NCBI GenBank assembly: GCA_903932545.1 | Contig: CAIZGT010000332.1 | Span: forward strand, 1-24,820 | Source of the DNA: an uncultured Rhodospirillales bacterium | GTDB taxonomy: Bacteria; Pseudomonadota; Alphaproteobacteria; Acetobacterales; Acetobacteraceae | DNA: 24,820 nt | Direction: 5' to 3' | Shown here: positions 7,676-16,426 of the stretch, piece after piece | Layout of the letters: the number at the start of each line of letters is the position of its first letter | How positions within the stretch are numbered: the first letter of the stretch is position 1 | Notes under the pieces: generated by a model | Databases searched by the model: none | Seen by the model: the letters and a program-made list of their open reading frames with translations, nothing else | Told to the model about the DNA's origin: nothing | Translations under genes and position numbers: made by a program

Positions 7676-8491
7676 TTAACTGTCGAGATACCGAGTGGCG
7701 ACCGACCTGTGCGTGTTAAAATAATAACGCGCTGCCTGGCGAATGTGGTCATTGCTCCCAACGTCATTCGGCGATTGTGCATTGAGCAATTCCAATCTGG
7801 CGCGGTCAGCGATCGTAATCCGCCCGCGCTTGGCGCGGATAATGCCGGAATCTTCCAGGCACGCCAGCACCGCCGTCACACTGGCGCGTCGCACCCCAAG
7901 CGCCTCGGCGAGGCCTTCATGGGTGATCAGCAAATCGCTCGACTGTATCCGATCATCCGCCATCAGCAGCCACCGCGCGCAACGCTCCTCCAAGGTGTGT
8001 TGCACGTTGGAGGCCGCTGTTTGCATGGTCTGAACCATGAGACTGTGCACGAAGCCCAGGCAAAGATCACGAAACACCGGGCTTTGCTCGGTGATGGAGC
8101 GCAGGATTGGGGCTGCAATGCGAATGGCCGGCCCCGGGATCTGGCAGATTGCCGTGATGGATGAAACCGCGTGTGGCGCCAACAGCGCCATGCCGCCCAC
8201 CATGCCTTCTCGCCCAATCATCGCCACCTGCATCGCGGAGCGTTTGGCCGTTGGGTCGGCCACCATCGAGACCATGCCGTCTTCGATGAAGAACATATGG
8301 TCAATCCCATATCCCGGTTCACACAACACCTGACCGCGCACCAAACTCACGCGAGTGAGGTGGGGGCGTAAATCGGAGAATGTCTCAATCGAGATTTGCG
8401 AGAGCAAGTCGTTCAGCGGTGTATTTGGCTGCATAAATGAAAAACCCATAATGCCCCCTGATCTGACGGCCCGAATATTCGTGATGTGCAT
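7676..8491 (-). CDS. Crp/Fnr-family transcriptional regulator (start may be 8449 or 8434)
   Basis: cNMP-fold N-terminus (FFIEDGMVSM, MIGREGMVG), ERCARWLL, HTH ITHEGLAEALGVRRASVT. No FNR Cys cluster. Confidence 0.92.
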   Translation of the reverse strand: MHITNIRAVRSGGIMGFSFMQPNTPLNDLLSQISIETFSDLRPHLTRVSLVRGQVLCEPGYGIDHMFFIEDGMVSMVADPTAKRSAMQVAMIGREGMVGGMALLAPHAVSSITAICQIPGPAIRIAAPILRSITEQSPVFRDLCLGFVHSLMVQTMQTAASNVQHTLEERCARWLLMADDRIQSSDLLITHEGLAEALGVRRASVTAVLACLEDSGIIRAKRGRITIADRARLELLNAQSPNDVGSNDHIRQAARYYFNTHRSVATRYLDS

Positions 8492-8697
8492 TGATTCGCC
8501 GACGCGCCGAGCATTTGGCAGTGTTGGATTATCGCCATTGGATGCGGTTGAAATTAACCAATGAGGTAATGCGTCAATTAAATTTCAAAATATCGATTAA
8601 ATAATCACGAAAAATATGACTCTTTTAGAGGAGTGGTCGATGGTGTAAATTACATATTGATAATTAGTGTATGTTAAATATAATAAGATTTTTTAGA

Positions 8698-8732
8698 CTA
8701 TGATTAAATCATAGAAATCATTGCTAATGATT
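8698..8732. promoter_or_regulatory. Two adjacent AT-rich palindromes, candidate operator upstream of the large GH16 gene
   Basis: CTATGATT-A-AATCATAG (8698-8714) and AATCATT-GCT-AATGATT (8716-8732), in the divergent intergenic gap 8492-8764. Confidence 0.45.
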
Positions 8733-8764
8733 AATCGATCTCTATGTATGTGAGGCGAATTTAA

Positions 8765-11700
8765 ATGCCACAGCTCTCGCTTGTTGGTTATCACTTAACC
8801 TATGATAACGAATTCACCAATTCTGCCGCGTTCGTCACATCTGCCAACGGCAGTGTGGGTTTTGCCAATTCCTACAGTTTTGGGCGCTCGCTGCCATCAA
8901 ATGGTGAAGCCGAATATTACGTTGACCCCAATGCTGGCCCGTCGCCGTTCAGCGTCCAAAACGGTGAGCTGACCATCACGGCGCAGCCGACCCTTGCTGG
9001 GCAATACACGGCTGGGCTGCCCTACAGTTCCGGCTTGATCAGCACGGAGAACAGTTTTTCGCAGAATACCGGCTATTTCGAGATCAGAGCGCAAACCCCC
9101 TACGTGCAAGGCTTCTGGTCAGCATTTTGGATGCTGCCGGTCGGCGGCGGCGGCAATCCTGAGTTGGACGTGTTCGAGCAGCCCAATCTGGAGGGCAACA
9201 ACGCCTATTGGTCCTACGCCAATCCAAGCGACCTGTTCAAAGGTGGCGGGTTTAACAACACCGGCGAAAATCTCTCCGCCGGGTATCACGCCTATGGATT
9301 GCTATGGACGACGACGAGCGTGAGTTTCTTCCTCGATGGGTTGCAAATTGGCCCCACCGTGGACATGCCACCCGATTTCACCCAGAAAATGTATATGATC
9401 GCCAATCTGGCGGTCGGTGGTGCGGGAAGTTGGCCTGGGCAGCCCACCAGCGTCACCACTGCGCAATACAAAATTGACTACATCCGCGCCTATTCGCTCG
9501 ACCCTTTGGTGCCGACAGTGGCGTTGCAGACAATTTCCTCGCCCGATGCTGCGAACACCACCCCAAGCTACACCGCGCCGCTGCCAATTATCCCGGCCAC
9601 TTTGGGCACCGGCCCCGACACGCTGATTTTGCAAATCGCCGAGGATTACTGGCAGGGCGATGCGCAATTCACCATCAGCATTGGTGGCGTGCAGCAAGGC
9701 GGCGTGCAGATCGCCACGGCGGCCAATGCGGCGGGGCAGAGCGAAGCTTTTGTGATACTAGGAAATTTCGGCACCAACCAGCAATTCGTAACCATCAATT
9801 ACCTCAATCCGGCCAGTGGTGGCCTGCCGTCACTAACCCGCAATCTCTATGTCCTCGGCGCCACACTCAACGGCACGACCTTGCCGATCGGCGCATCGAC
9901 GAGCGCCGTGAGCGTCCAACAGACCTTTAATTTCACCGCACCACCGCATGTGCTGCCAGCAGTCAACGTAACGCCCGCGCTCGGCATGCTGGACGTGCTG
10001 ACGCTGTCGATGGGTGAGACACCAATCTTGGTGGATGCACAATTCACCATCAGTGTTGATGGCGTGCAGCAGGGCGGCGTGCAAACCACCACCGCGCTGG
10101 CGTCCTCGTTGCAAACCCAAGCCTTTGTGGTAAATGGTGATTTTGGCATAGGTGCGCATGTGTTGAGCATCCATTTCCTCAACCCACCCGGCGCTTTGAC
10201 GCTGTATAGCGCCACGCTAAATGGCACCATTCTCCCCGGCGTGGCCCAAACCTTTACCACAAGCACGCCTTTGGTGGTGCCGTTCATCGAAACCAGCTTG
10301 CCCGTCACCACCATCGGAACCGGCCTGGATGTGTTGATGCTGGCGCTCAGCGAAGACGCCTATCTGGTCAACGCGCAATTCACCGTCTCAGTGGACGGTG
10401 TGCAGCAGGGCGGCATCCAATCTGTGTTGGCTGGTCACGCGCTCGGCCAATCACAATCCTTCGCCATCAACGGCACTTATGCCGTCGGCCCGCATATCGT
10501 CACGGTGAATTTCCTCAACGATGCCTATGGCGGGACCACGGCGATGGACCGCAACCTCTATGTGCTCGGCGCGCAGCTTAACGGCGTGGCAATCACCGGC
10601 AGTGCGCTGAACGAATATTCTGGCGGCCCGCAATCCTTCGGCTTCACCGGCACCACCATCGTTCCGCCCCCTGCGGCGTTGCTGACCATCCCAACACCGG
10701 CAACGGTCATCGGCAGCGGTGCCGACACGCTGGCGCTTGTCATCAGCGAGGATGCCTATCTCGGCAACGCTCAGTTCACCGTCGCAATCAACGGCATCCA
10801 GCAGGGCGGTATCCAGACAGCCATTGCTGCCAACGCCGCGCCCTATACCCCGCTGCTTTCGCAGTCGCAGGTGTTCGATATCCAAGGCAGCTTTACCGGC
10901 ACCAACATCGTCACCGTCAATTTCCTCAACGACAGCTATGGCGGCTCAACGGGTGCTGATCGCAATCTTTACATATTGGGTGCCACCCTTAACGGTGCTG
11001 CGATTGCCGGAAGTGTGCTGAACGAGTATGCCGGCGGCCCGCAATCCTTCAGCTTCGTCGGCGCCGCAATTGTGCCGCCAACCGCTGTTGTCGTCACCAC
11101 CGCCATTCCCGCTGCGCCGACAGTGATCGGCGCTGGAGCTGATACGCTGGCGCTTTCCATCAGCGAGGACGCCTATTTAGGCGACGCCCTATTCACCGTG
11201 TCAATCAACGGCGTGCAGCAAGGCGGCATCCAGACGGCGATCGCAGCCAATGCTGCCCCGTACACCCCGCTGCTTGCCCAGTCGCAGGAGTTTGATTTCA
11301 AAGGCAGCTTCACTGGCATCAATGTCGTCACCGTCAATTTCCTAAACGACATCTACGGCGGCTCATCCACAGCCGACCGCAACCTCTACGTTCAGAGCGC
11401 CACGATTGACGGCATCGCGATCGCGGGCGGCGTGCTCAGCGAAAAATCCGGTGGCCCGCAATCCTTCAGCTTCACCGAACCCACCGCGCCCGTCGTCATC
11501 CCACCCGTCGTCATCCCACCCGTCGTCATCCCGCCAGTTGTCTTGGATAGTGTCACCTTCTCGCTCACCGAGAGCGCCTATCTCGGCGACGCACGGGTGG
11601 CCCTCAGCCTAGACGGCGTTTTGCTCGGCTCACCCACCGTGGCCTTCCTCACCTCGGGCAATATCTCCGAAGCTTTCACCTTCACCGGCGATTTCGGCGG

Positions 11701-11893
11701 CAGCACGATGGTGCATGTGGCGACGGTGGATTTGCTGAACCCTGCGAGCGGCGGCTTGCCGCTGGTTGCGCGCGGCGTATTGGTGCAGGCTATCACCTTC
11801 GACGGTGCCGCCAACACAATCTTGCCGACGAGCCTCTACAGCAACGTTGCGGCCAATTTCAGCCTGCCGATCCCGATTGCAGCGCCGATCTGA
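8765..11893 (+). CDS. Large GH16 glycanase with six CBM60-like Ca-dependent carbohydrate-binding repeats
   Basis: N-terminal GH16 (GYFEIRAQ, FWSAFWML, catalytic ELDVFE, YHAYGLLW, IDYIRAY). Repeats DTL.L.(I/L)SEDAY.G(D/N)AQFT(V/I)S..G.QQGG...VNFLND.YGG....DRNLY start near 9617, 9992, 10328, 10724, 11141 and 11546. No signal peptide. Confidence 0.88.
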   Translation: MPQLSLVGYHLTYDNEFTNSAAFVTSANGSVGFANSYSFGRSLPSNGEAEYYVDPNAGPSPFSVQNGELTITAQPTLAGQYTAGLPYSSGLISTENSFSQNTGYFEIRAQTPYVQGFWSAFWMLPVGGGGNPELDVFEQPNLEGNNAYWSYANPSDLFKGGGFNNTGENLSAGYHAYGLLWTTTSVSFFLDGLQIGPTVDMPPDFTQKMYMIANLAVGGAGSWPGQPTSVTTAQYKIDYIRAYSLDPLVPTVALQTISSPDAANTTPSYTAPLPIIPATLGTGPDTLILQIAEDYWQGDAQFTISIGGVQQGGVQIATAANAAGQSEAFVILGNFGTNQQFVTINYLNPASGGLPSLTRNLYVLGATLNGTTLPIGASTSAVSVQQTFNFTAPPHVLPAVNVTPALGMLDVLTLSMGETPILVDAQFTISVDGVQQGGVQTTTALASSLQTQAFVVNGDFGIGAHVLSIHFLNPPGALTLYSATLNGTILPGVAQTFTTSTPLVVPFIETSLPVTTIGTGLDVLMLALSEDAYLVNAQFTVSVDGVQQGGIQSVLAGHALGQSQSFAINGTYAVGPHIVTVNFLNDAYGGTTAMDRNLYVLGAQLNGVAITGSALNEYSGGPQSFGFTGTTIVPPPAALLTIPTPATVIGSGADTLALVISEDAYLGNAQFTVAINGIQQGGIQTAIAANAAPYTPLLSQSQVFDIQGSFTGTNIVTVNFLNDSYGGSTGADRNLYILGATLNGAAIAGSVLNEYAGGPQSFSFVGAAIVPPTAVVVTTAIPAAPTVIGAGADTLALSISEDAYLGDALFTVSINGVQQGGIQTAIAANAAPYTPLLAQSQEFDFKGSFTGINVVTVNFLNDIYGGSSTADRNLYVQSATIDGIAIAGGVLSEKSGGPQSFSFTEPTAPVVIPPVVIPPVVIPPVVLDSVTFSLTESAYLGDARVALSLDGVLLGSPTVAFLTSGNISEAFTFTGDFGGSTMVHVATVDLLNPASGGLPLVARGVLVQAITFDGAANTILPTSLYSNVAANFSLPIPIAAPI
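11489..11533 (+). repeat. In-frame tandem repeat, 3 x 15 bp CCCGTCGTCATCCC(A/G), encoding (PVVIP)3 linker
   Basis: Units at 11489, 11504 and 11519, followed by a degenerate PVV. Confidence 0.95.
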
Positions 11894-12643
11894 CTACTCG
11901 AAATTGCCGGAAACCGGGGTGAAGTCAGACAATGCGAGCATCACCTCCATGTCCAAAATCGTCACGCTGCCGCCGCGAACTTCCAAGATGCCATCGCGGC
12001 GGATCTGCTGGAGCGTGCGATTAACGTGAACAATGCTCAATCCCAGCGCGTCGGCGAGCACTTCTTGTGTCAGCGGCATCGGGAACACGTTGTTGATCAC
12101 CATATCGACAGTGTCCAACCGCTCGTGCAACTCCAGCAGCAGATGCACCATTCGTTCATAAGCCGTCTGACGACCCAGGCGCACCACTTGGTCTTGCAGC
12201 GAAAGGCTCTCGTAAATCGATAGCAATCGCACAGCACGCGTAAGGCCGGGATATAGCGACGGGTTGACGTTCACCGCCGTCTCAAGCGTTTTCGCGTCCG
12301 CCAGCACAACGGCGGTCAGCGCCACTACCGTGCAAGTCCCTGGGATCGTTGGGCGTTCCAACCCATGGCACGGATCGCCGGGCAGCATGAAGCTGACAAT
12401 CTGGCGCCGACCGTCGCCCAATGTCCGCTGCCGACAGGCCCATCCCGACAGGATGATGCGCGGCGATGACGGTTTGCTCTCGTTCCACAACTCTTCACGC
12501 GGCAAATAGGAACGGGTTTGGCGAGAAAGATTGTGCAAAATCAGCATCTCGTCCGTCGAGAGCTCCGCCAATGCCGACATCCTCTGCACAGCGGCGTTGG
12601 ATTGCGTGTATTTGCGCGGCAGCAAGGCTGACTGCCCGTTCAT
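11894..12643 (-). CDS. Crp/Fnr-family regulator (FixK-like, no Cys cluster)
   Basis: ILSGWACR..TLGDGRRQIVSFMLPGD, GRQTAYERMVHLLLEL, HTH LTQEVLADALGLSIVHVNRTLQ; ATGA overlap with the receiver gene. Confidence 0.93.
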   Translation of the reverse strand: MNGQSALLPRKYTQSNAAVQRMSALAELSTDEMLILHNLSRQTRSYLPREELWNESKPSSPRIILSGWACRQRTLGDGRRQIVSFMLPGDPCHGLERPTIPGTCTVVALTAVVLADAKTLETAVNVNPSLYPGLTRAVRLLSIYESLSLQDQVVRLGRQTAYERMVHLLLELHERLDTVDMVINNVFPMPLTQEVLADALGLSIVHVNRTLQQIRRDGILEVRGGSVTILDMEVMLALSDFTPVSGNFE

Positions 12644-13029
12644 ACTGTATTTCGCGCCTTCCCGCCGGCCAAAAATTTCAGCGTGCGCAGCAGGGCGGTG
12701 CGATCCACCGGCTTTTCAACGCGCGCCACATGTTGATACGCCGCTGGCAGCACATTGGCTTCATAGGCGGTGACGAACGCAAACGGAACGCCCTGCAAAA
12801 TGAGTTCGTCGGCCACCGGAAACACCGAAAATCCCTGCAGATTGATATCCAGCAGCGCCACATCAATCGCCGATCGTGTCGCCTTCATCGCCTGATCAAC
12901 GCCTGCAAACGGACCCACAATTTCAACACCAAGCGGTTCCAGCAATCGGCGCATTTCTGCAGCGATCGTGTATTGGTCTTCCACGATCATCACGCGAAGG
13001 CCCTGCAAATTCGGATCGAGGGACTTCAT
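12640..13029 (-). CDS. Single-domain response regulator (PFxFATGY/SdrG-like type)
   Basis: VMIVED, ALLDINL (phospho-Asp), VPFAFVTAY, VEKP; ATGA overlap with the kinase stop. Confidence 0.92.
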   Translation of the reverse strand: MKSLDPNLQGLRVMIVEDQYTIAAEMRRLLEPLGVEIVGPFAGVDQAMKATRSAIDVALLDINLQGFSVFPVADELILQGVPFAFVTAYEANVLPAAYQHVARVEKPVDRTALLRTLKFLAGGKARNTV

Positions 13030-14576
13030 TCAACTTCACCAATCAGTGGTCCGCCTTGCGGCGGCGTTTTTAAATCGACCGAGATGTTACAATGCAGTCC
13101 CGAAGGGAGGAATTTCATCTCGGTGCGGGCATCCAACTCATAGGGAAGGCCATGCTCAATCAGCTCCCGCCCGAACCCACTATGCCCGGGCAGATTTGCG
13201 GCAAGAGCCACGCCGCTTTCTTCCCAGTTGAGCGTTAAATGCGTGGTGCCAGCGGCTGCATTTTCGCTCGGCTTGGTCGTCCAAGCGATTTTCACCCGAC
13301 CTTGCGGCTCTGACAGCGCGCCGAATTTCAGCGCGTTGGTGGTCAATTCGTGCAGCGCCAAGCCAAGCGTTTCGGCCACTTTGTCGGTCAGCATCACGCA
13401 AGGCCCGTCAATGCTAACTTGCTCACTGATCTGGCCGCCATGCGCCAACAACTCTTGATGCGCCAGTTCGTCCAGGCTCACCGCCCCATCCACTGTGCGG
13501 CCAAGTGCTGTTTGGGTGCGGGCGAGGGCGGAGATTCGGCCGCTGAGATGGGCCGCAAAATCCTCCAGTCCCGTCGCCGATTGCAATGTGCGGCTCAGCA
13601 GTGAGCGCACCACAGCAAGAATATTCTTCGCGCGATGCTGAACCTCAGCAAGCAGCCGGCGCTGGCGCATTTCGTCGCGGCGGCGCTGGTGGATATCCAC
13701 TGCTGATCCAAACCAGCGCACCAGTTTGCCTGTCGAATCCAGATGTGGCACCGAACGACTAAGGAACCAGCGCCACGTGCCATCGGCTGCGCGCAGACGG
13801 TGTTCATGCTCAAACACGCCGCCTTCCGCGGCGGCAATATCCCACCGCCGCTGGTTTTCAGCGCGCTCATCCGGATGGATCACGCTGCTCCAGCCACCTG
13901 CGAGAAACGCCTCTTCTGTCAGCCCGACATAGTCATAAAATGGCTGGTTGATGTCGTGCACCGACAAATCAGGTGCTGTGGTGAACAGAAAAGCGGGCAC
14001 CACGCTTGCCATCAATCGCACCAATTCCTGATTGGTGGACAATGCAGACGCCCAGCTTGCCGCCGTCTGCGCCATGTTGCCGCTGGCATCGAGTTGGATG
14101 CACCCGTCATCCACGTCGAAAAACAAAATAGTCTGTCCCCCGCCGGGAAGGTTTTCCACGGCAAGGTCAACCCATCCATGCACGGTCGAGCCGTCTGGCT
14201 GCCGCATGGCGTAAGACACTTGATTGGCGCGCACACGCCGCCCGGTCAGTGTCGCCTGATCCATCAAATGCCGCAGCACGCCGCGCAAATCATCGCAGGC
14301 CAATGCCACCACCGACGCCACGCCTGATGCCGGGGGACGCGCCACATAGCTTCTGAGATGTTCGGAGCGGAGCAATTCAACGCCCTGCTGATCAACCACG
14401 ATATAGGCCGGCGCATAGCGCGCAACCAAAGTTTCGGCAGCAAGTCGGGTTGTGGTGCTGATCGGCGGGAGCGAGCGCATTTCAGCTGCCTCATCCATCG
14501 AGTCGGCCAATAGCATCGAGGCAAACAATGAAACGCAGGTATTTTCGGCCGCTCTGCCCACGGTAAACCTCTCCAA
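13026..14576 (-). CDS. Soluble PAS-domain HWE histidine kinase (start uncertain)
   Basis: H-box EVQHRAKNILAVV, N-box LHELTTNALKFGAL, WEESG, SGFGRELI; PAS/PAC IHPDE...EHRLRAADGTWRWF...WFGSAVDIH. No TM segment. Confidence 0.92.
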   Translation of the reverse strand: MERFTVGRAAENTCVSLFASMLLADSMDEAAEMRSLPPISTTTRLAAETLVARYAPAYIVVDQQGVELLRSEHLRSYVARPPASGVASVVALACDDLRGVLRHLMDQATLTGRRVRANQVSYAMRQPDGSTVHGWVDLAVENLPGGGQTILFFDVDDGCIQLDASGNMAQTAASWASALSTNQELVRLMASVVPAFLFTTAPDLSVHDINQPFYDYVGLTEEAFLAGGWSSVIHPDERAENQRRWDIAAAEGGVFEHEHRLRAADGTWRWFLSRSVPHLDSTGKLVRWFGSAVDIHQRRRDEMRQRRLLAEVQHRAKNILAVVRSLLSRTLQSATGLEDFAAHLSGRISALARTQTALGRTVDGAVSLDELAHQELLAHGGQISEQVSIDGPCVMLTDKVAETLGLALHELTTNALKFGALSEPQGRVKIAWTTKPSENAAAGTTHLTLNWEESGVALAANLPGHSGFGRELIEHGLPYELDARTEMKFLPSGLHCNISVDLKTPPQGGPLIGEVE

Positions 14577-14633
14577 TTTCAGATGCGCAGAAAATATCAG
14601 ACATCGTATTCATCATTTTCCACTTAGTTAGCT

Positions 14634-14663
14634 AATCAAAAAATGATATTCATTTTTTTGATT
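14634..14663. promoter_or_regulatory. AT-rich inverted repeat AATCAAAAAATGA-TAT-TCATTTTTTTGATT, candidate operator upstream of the kinase operon
   Basis: 13/14-bp arms with one extra T, about 60-90 nt upstream of the kinase ORF. Confidence 0.45.
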
Positions 14664-14928
14664 TGTGTATTTTATTTTTCCCGCGCACGCGGTTGAAAAT
14701 ATATCTAAAGAGTTTGCCGAATTATCGAACTAACATTTGATAAGTTGTTCGCCAGTTCGGTGCGATAATCGCCCTCCAAAGGTTGGCAAATGACAATCGT
14801 GCCGACATTGATCGCGCAGGATGCGTGTGGCTCAAACCAACATCTCACCAAACCGTCCTTGCAAGCGCAGCGCTACGCTTGCGAGGACGATCCGGGGGGA
14901 TCAAGTCTCAGCCGCCATTCACCACGCT

Positions 14929-16251
14929 CTAAAGCGCCACTCTCAGTGTCAGCATGAAGCGATTGGAGTCAAAGCTGGGGCCAGTGACCCCTTGGCTGGT
15001 GCTGCCGCCAGACCGACGGCCGGTGAAATCGTAACTGCCAACCAACTGCAAATTGCGGTTGATCAGCCATGTCGCACTGGCGCCAACGCGGTAAAGGCTC
15101 TGGCTGCCGTGGCCCTGGCTATAATCATCCTGGTAGATCCCAGCGCGGCCCTGAAGCAGAATGTTGCGCTGCAACTCATGGTCGATGCGTGCGATCAGGG
15201 CGGTTTCGGTGAAGGCGGCCACGGTTTCATCCGCCGAATCTTGAACGTGGCGGGTGAGCAATCCAGTGAGCGTGGTCAGCCCGTTGGGATTCCAAATGAC
15301 CGCTGTCTCAACGGTTGGCGCTTGGATGGTTTTGTATTGGCCACTGCGGAAGCTGCGGTTTTCATAGCCCGCCAAAACCCGGAAACGCCAGGTGCTGTCG
15401 GCATCATAATCGATCCCGGCCAACACTGAGGCGTCATTAAAATTGCGCTTTGCCTGAAGTGGGGCGGCATTGGAGTAGTCGGCCACCGCGTCTCGCACCA
15501 CCAGCACCACATTGCGCCGAGGCGCCAATTCATAGCCCACCGTCAGACTTGGCATCGCCACATCGCGGTTGCGGAAGGTCTGCAGGTAGCGCGCGCCGTT
15601 CACACCGCCGTTGTCATAGTCGAACCGCGAGAGCGAAATACCCGGCTGTAGATACCAGCGATTGAACATTGCCTTATACGCGGCACGAAACACATCAATG
15701 CGATATTCGAGCGGTGAACCGAGTTGCGGTGCCTCCAGATCGCGTGGCGTTTGGTTGAGCGTCAAATGGTCGTAACTGGCGCTCAGTTGATCGCGGTCAA
15801 TCGTGTAGGCCCCACCAACGCTTGCCGTCCAATTGGTGTAGGATTGACTGTTGCGGCTCACGAACCGGAAATCATCAACCGATACCACCGCCCTCGCGGT
15901 CGCGTCCGAGTGATCATAATCGGCGCGCAGCACCGCATTGGTCTCCACCAATGTCGAGCCGCTGCCCGATTTGGTGCCCAATATATTGTCGTCATATCCC
16001 ACCGACTCACGCAGTTCAGGGTGCAGCAAGAAACTGCCGAACCGCATCCCAAGGCTGTCATAATCTGGACGGCGCCGGGAGAGCACCGTCACGCCTGCCT
16101 CGTTGGCTGTGCCCGGGATGTCGGTTGTAATCAGTTGATCGAGCAATTGCGCATGGGCTGTCGGCGCGAGTGGCAGCAGCAGGGGCAACGCGAGTAGTGC
16201 AGAATTCGTTTCAGAAAACAATCGGCGGAGTCGTAACAAAACCTGAACCAT
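14929..16251 (-). CDS. Outer-membrane beta-barrel protein of polysaccharide export loci (BBP2/EpsX-like)
   Basis: Signal peptide ending AHA-Q; RRPDYDSLGMRFGSFLLHP..SVGYDDNI; many alternating amphipathic strands; C-terminal strand FMLTLRVAL. Confidence 0.85.
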   Translation of the reverse strand: MVQVLLRLRRLFSETNSALLALPLLLPLAPTAHAQLLDQLITTDIPGTANEAGVTVLSRRRPDYDSLGMRFGSFLLHPELRESVGYDDNILGTKSGSGSTLVETNAVLRADYDHSDATARAVVSVDDFRFVSRNSQSYTNWTASVGGAYTIDRDQLSASYDHLTLNQTPRDLEAPQLGSPLEYRIDVFRAAYKAMFNRWYLQPGISLSRFDYDNGGVNGARYLQTFRNRDVAMPSLTVGYELAPRRNVVLVVRDAVADYSNAAPLQAKRNFNDASVLAGIDYDADSTWRFRVLAGYENRSFRSGQYKTIQAPTVETAVIWNPNGLTTLTGLLTRHVQDSADETVAAFTETALIARIDHELQRNILLQGRAGIYQDDYSQGHGSQSLYRVGASATWLINRNLQLVGSYDFTGRRSGGSTSQGVTGPSFDSNRFMLTLRVAL

Positions 16252-16426
16252 TTTCGGATCCTCGCCGCTGAGTTCATAATATTAATGACCAATCAAGCTA
16301 CTAAATTCGTGCATTTTTGTCCGAACTAAAGCATTTTGATTCGTGTTAGGCGAGCTGCGCCGCTGTGGCGATTTTGCAGATATCTGCATATGTTGCATGT
16401 TTAACAAAATAATTTGGGCAATTTCA

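Noticed and set aside
8492-8764. Canonical FNR/FixK box or CtrA box
   Set aside because: No TTGAT-N4-ATCAA or TTAA-N7-TTAA found by eye.
9600-11160. True RTX toxin repeats in the large GH16
   Set aside because: Only isolated GxGxDxL half motifs, not tandem GGxGxDxUx nonapeptides.
14676-14699. Hairpin TTTTC-CCGCG-CA-CGCGG-TT-GAAAA as terminator of the beta-barrel gene
   Set aside because: 2-nt loop, and no U-tract follows on the minus strand.
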